From an uncultured delta proteobacterium (lineage in GTDB: Bacteria; Myxococcota_A; Polyangia; Palsa-1104), in NCBI GenBank assembly GCA_963785725.1, contig CAWAWS010000023.1, positions 1 to 38,177 on the forward strand: a stretch of 38,177 bases of DNA, written 5' to 3'. How positions within the stretch are numbered: the first letter of the stretch is position 1; the number at the start of each line of letters is the position of its first letter. The notes beneath the pieces are model-generated. The model saw only the letters and a program-made list of their open reading frames with translations, was not told the origin of the DNA and did no database searches. Made by a program: the position numbers and the translations under genes. This document shows positions 35,050-38,177 of the stretch, piece after piece.

Positions 35050-35484
35050 ATGTCGAAGTGGATGAGCTGGGGAGCTTGGACGCGGGCGGCGCTGTTGACG
35101 CTGGTGACGGGCACGTCGGCGCTGTTGCCGACCGCGGCCAAGCGGGGCGCCGCGGACGACGTCGCCGCCGACGTCGACGGCGACGGGCGGCTCGACCGCG
35201 TCAGCTGGCGCCGCTACGGCGACGACTACTGGCTCGACGTCGCGCTGGCGCAGGCCGACGGCAGCTTCGCGCCGCGCTCGTCGACGCGCGTGGCCGCGGC
35301 CGGCGGCGATGCGCGCTGGCGCCTGCGCGCTCGCGACGTCGACGGCGACGGTCGCGCCGACATCCTCGTCGCAGACGGCAGCGGTCGGACGCGCGTGTGG
35401 ATCTCCGACGGCCGCGGCTTTTCGGAGGCGCAGCCGCCGATGAACGCGTGGGCGGCGCTGACGCCGAGCGCGCGACGGCCGTAG
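35050..35484 (+). CDS. Small secreted FG-GAP/VCBS repeat protein
   Basis: GGAGGTG SD; signal-like N-terminus; DVDGDGRLD and DVDGDGRADI Ca-binding motifs. Confidence 0.8.
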   Translation: MSKWMSWGAWTRAALLTLVTGTSALLPTAAKRGAADDVAADVDGDGRLDRVSWRRYGDDYWLDVALAQADGSFAPRSSTRVAAAGGDARWRLRARDVDGDGRADILVADGSGRTRVWISDGRGFSEAQPPMNAWAALTPSARRP

Positions 35485-35588
35485 GTGTGGTGAGATCACG
35501 GCCGGCGCGCAACCGCGTAAGCTCAATATCGGTTCCCCCCCGGGCGGCGCGGTTGCGTGAAGGTGGCGCCATTGTTAACGTCGCGACG

Positions 35589-36338
35589 ATGGCCGACTGG
35601 CAGCCACCGATCGATCTGACCGCGCTGGCGCAGGGCATCTACTCGCAAGGCGCCGAAGAGGACATGCTCGCGCGCATCTTCGCGCTGGTTGCGCCGCAGT
35701 CGCGCTTTTGCGTCGAGTTCGGCGCCAGCGACGGCCTGCGCAACAGCAACACGGCGCTCCTGTTGCGCGAGCAGGCGTGGCGCGGCGTCTTGATCGAAGC
35801 GTCGGACTATCGGTTCGATAAGCTGCGTCGTCATTACGGCGACGCCGCGAATGTAAAGCTGTTACAAGCGCGCGTCGAGCCGTCCACTGTCGAGCGGCTG
35901 TTCGGCGAATGCGACGTGCCGAACGACTTCGACCTGCTCTCGATCGATATCGACGGCAATGACTATTGGGTCTGGCGCGCGCTCGAGCGCTATCGGCCGC
36001 GCGTCGTCGTCATCGAATACAACCCTTATTACGCGCCGCCCGAGCGCTGGGTCATGAAATACAACGCCGACCACGCCTGGGACGGCTCGACCTATTATGG
36101 CGCCAGCCTGGAGTCGCTTTATTGGCTCGCCAAACAAAAGGGTTATGAGCTCATTTGCTGCGACAAAATGGGGAATAACGCCTTCTTCGTCGAACAGTCG
36201 CTCTATGCCCGTTTCGGGCTGCAGGACAATTCGCCGCAGGTGCTCTTTCGCCCCGCGATGTATAAGGTTCGCTTCATCGGTCACAACACGTTCGTGACCG
36301 GCCATCCTTATCGTTTCGGCCCCGGCGAGGCGCTGTGA
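35589..36338 (+). CDS. FkbM-like SAM-dependent methyltransferase
   Basis: YSQGAEE, VEFGASDG..SNT, W.GVLIE, DLLSIDIDGNDY, VIEYN, GASL, KGY and NAFFV. Confidence 0.85.
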   Translation: MADWQPPIDLTALAQGIYSQGAEEDMLARIFALVAPQSRFCVEFGASDGLRNSNTALLLREQAWRGVLIEASDYRFDKLRRHYGDAANVKLLQARVEPSTVERLFGECDVPNDFDLLSIDIDGNDYWVWRALERYRPRVVVIEYNPYYAPPERWVMKYNADHAWDGSTYYGASLESLYWLAKQKGYELICCDKMGNNAFFVEQSLYARFGLQDNSPQVLFRPAMYKVRFIGHNTFVTGHPYRFGPGEAL

Positions 36339-37297
36339 ACGACGCCGCGCTGCACGCCATCGCCGACGCTTACGCGCTCGACGGTGCGCGCCTTTTGGGC
36401 ACGCGCGACACGCGCGTCGCGCACGTCGGCAGCGCCGCCGGCGAGGTCGCCGTCAAGCTGTTCGCGAGCAGTGAAAGCGCGCGCGCGCAGCTCGAGGCCG
36501 ATTTATTGGCGCATTTGCAGCGGCCGAACGCGGCTTATCGGGTGCAGACGTTGCTGCTGACGCGCGCCGGCGCGCCGCTCTTGGCCGTCGACGCCGGCGT
36601 CGCGCTGGTGACGCGCTGGGAGAACGGCCATGCCAAGCCTTATCGCGCCATCACCAGCGACGAATGGCGCGCGCTCGGCGCGTCACTGGCGGCGTTGCAC
36701 GACCGGCTCGACGCTTATCCGCGGCCGCTGGCGCGTCTGAGCGCGACCATCATCGCGCGCGACGTCGCCGCCGAGCGCGCGGCCATCGCCGCCGTGCGGC
36801 CGCGCGCCGTGGCCCACGATCCGACGCGTGCCGCCGCCGTGTCGCGCTATCTCGACGATCGTCTGCAGCTGCTGGCGGCGCATGCCGAGCCGGCGCGCGC
36901 GCTGCCCGACGATCGCGAAAACCCCATTCATAACGATTATAATCAATACAATTACCTCTTCGACGATCATTCGCCGCCGCTGATCCTCGATTGGGAAGGG
37001 GCGATCGGCGCGCCGCGCGAATACGAGGTCGTGCGCTGTCTGAATCATCTGCCGCTGGAATCGCCGGCGCTGGCACGCGCCTTCGTCGATGGTTATCGCG
37101 CGCGCCGGGCCTTGCGGCCGTCGGCGCTGCGCTGGGCCGTGGCCGCGGCGCTGACCGAGCACGCGGTGAAACATTGGCCGTTACAACGCTTCTTGCGCGA
37201 CGAGCCGGAGAGTGTCGCGCGTCTCGACGGCACGATGCCGATGGTTCATGCGCTCGTCACCGGCGCCGACGCGCTCGCGCGCTTCTTCGCCGAATGA
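36335..37297 (+). CDS. APH/homoserine-kinase-type phosphotransferase
   Basis: VAVK, LAALH, IHNDYNQYN (HxDxxxxN) and ILDWE; GTGA overlap with the methyltransferase. Confidence 0.87.
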   Translation: MNDAALHAIADAYALDGARLLGTRDTRVAHVGSAAGEVAVKLFASSESARAQLEADLLAHLQRPNAAYRVQTLLLTRAGAPLLAVDAGVALVTRWENGHAKPYRAITSDEWRALGASLAALHDRLDAYPRPLARLSATIIARDVAAERAAIAAVRPRAVAHDPTRAAAVSRYLDDRLQLLAAHAEPARALPDDRENPIHNDYNQYNYLFDDHSPPLILDWEGAIGAPREYEVVRCLNHLPLESPALARAFVDGYRARRALRPSALRWAVAAALTEHAVKHWPLQRFLRDEPESVARLDGTMPMVHALVTGADALARFFAE

Positions 37298-37482
37298 CGC
37301 GGGGCGATACCGGGAATTCACGTCGTCGGCCGGCCGTCGGCGCCAGCGGCCCTGGCCGACCAAGTATCGGGCATTATCACAAGCTTAGCGCGCTCGATCG
37401 AGCGACGAACAGTCGCATCGGGCGGTTCAACACCCTGTTAATTCTGCGCACCCGGGTTACGATGCAAACGGGGAGGGTGGGT

Positions 37483-38177
37483 ATGGGTTTGCGCAGCATC
37501 GAGAAGCTGGTCGAGGAGCAAGCGCCGCACAAGCTGCACGCGTTCATGCTGGCGCAGTCGCGGCTATTGGAGATGGTGGCGACGAGCGCGCCCTTGACGG
37601 CCATCCTCGAGAAGCTCATCGAAGCGTTGGAGCAGCAGAGCGAAGGGATGCTCTGCTCGATCTTGTTGGTGTCGCGCGATCGTCGCCATTTGATCTTGGG
37701 CGCGGCGCCCAGCCTGCCGCCCGGCTTCTCCGCCGCCATCGCCGACGGCGTCATCGGCCCGAGCGCCGGCTCCTGCGGCACGGCCGTCTATCGTAAGCAG
37801 CAGGTCATCGTCACCGACATCGCGCACGATTCATTGTGGACGCAATGGAAAGCGCCGGCGTTATTGGCGGGATTACGCGCGTGTTGGTCGACGCCGATCT
37901 TCAAGCAGGGCGGTAAACACGACGAGGTCATCGGCAGCTTCGCCATCTATTATCGCCAGCCGATCGGCCCCTCGTCGCTGCATTTACGCTTGATAGAAGT
38001 GGCGACTTATTTAGCGGGGATCGCCATCGAGCGCAGCCAATCCGAAGACGAGCGCGACGAGCTGTTGGCCAAGCTGGCGGCGGAGACGGCCGAGCTCAAT
38101 CGCTGCGTCAATGCGCGCGACGAGTTTGTCGGCGCGACAGATGAACTGACGAAGGAGATGCACATAACACTACCACC
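37483..38177 (+). CDS. GAF-domain sensor, probably a histidine kinase N-terminus; runs off the window and is absent from the ORF track
   Basis: My translation: LLEMVA..APL..ILE, GAAPSLP, GSCGTA, VIVTDIA, LRACWSTPI, GSFAIYY, IAIER, then ARDEF. Confidence 0.88.
   Translation, partial: MGLRSIEKLVEEQAPHKLHAFMLAQSRLLEMVATSAPLTAILEKLIEALEQQSEGMLCSILLVSRDRRHLILGAAPSLPPGFSAAIADGVIGPSAGSCGTAVYRKQQVIVTDIAHDSLWTQWKAPALLAGLRACWSTPIFKQGGKHDEVIGSFAIYYRQPIGPSSLHLRLIEVATYLAGIAIERSQSEDERDELLAKLAAETAELNRCVNARDEFVGATDELTKEMHITLP

Overview
High-GC (about 70%) bacterial DNA that looks like Myxococcota/Polyangia, judged from a Ser/Thr kinase + TPR-PEGA pair, MYXO-CTERM-like tails and LRR lipoproteins. About 37 protein genes are supported; no rRNA, tRNA, CRISPR array or transposase was found. 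All product calls come from motifs read by eye, with no database search. Main observations: (1) a three-lipoprotein beta-1,3-glucan locus (GH64, GH128 and a bacterial homolog of fungal Tos1/YJL171C with an apparently inactivated catalytic motif), in a window that also encodes a PNGase A-type amidase and a surface-anchored GH25 lysozyme; (2) a coupled TraB-like barrel/OmpA gene and Cys-rich MYXO-CTERM gene; (3) two paralogous zinc-ribbon microproteins that both end in GPYR; (4) two long intergenic hairpins with 18-bp perfect arms, flanked by short tandem repeats and about 1 kb of strand-skewed sequence; (5) three genes each broken by a +1 base inside the same CGAGATC motif, probably a methylation-linked base-calling artefact; (6) at least eight apparently leaderless genes.
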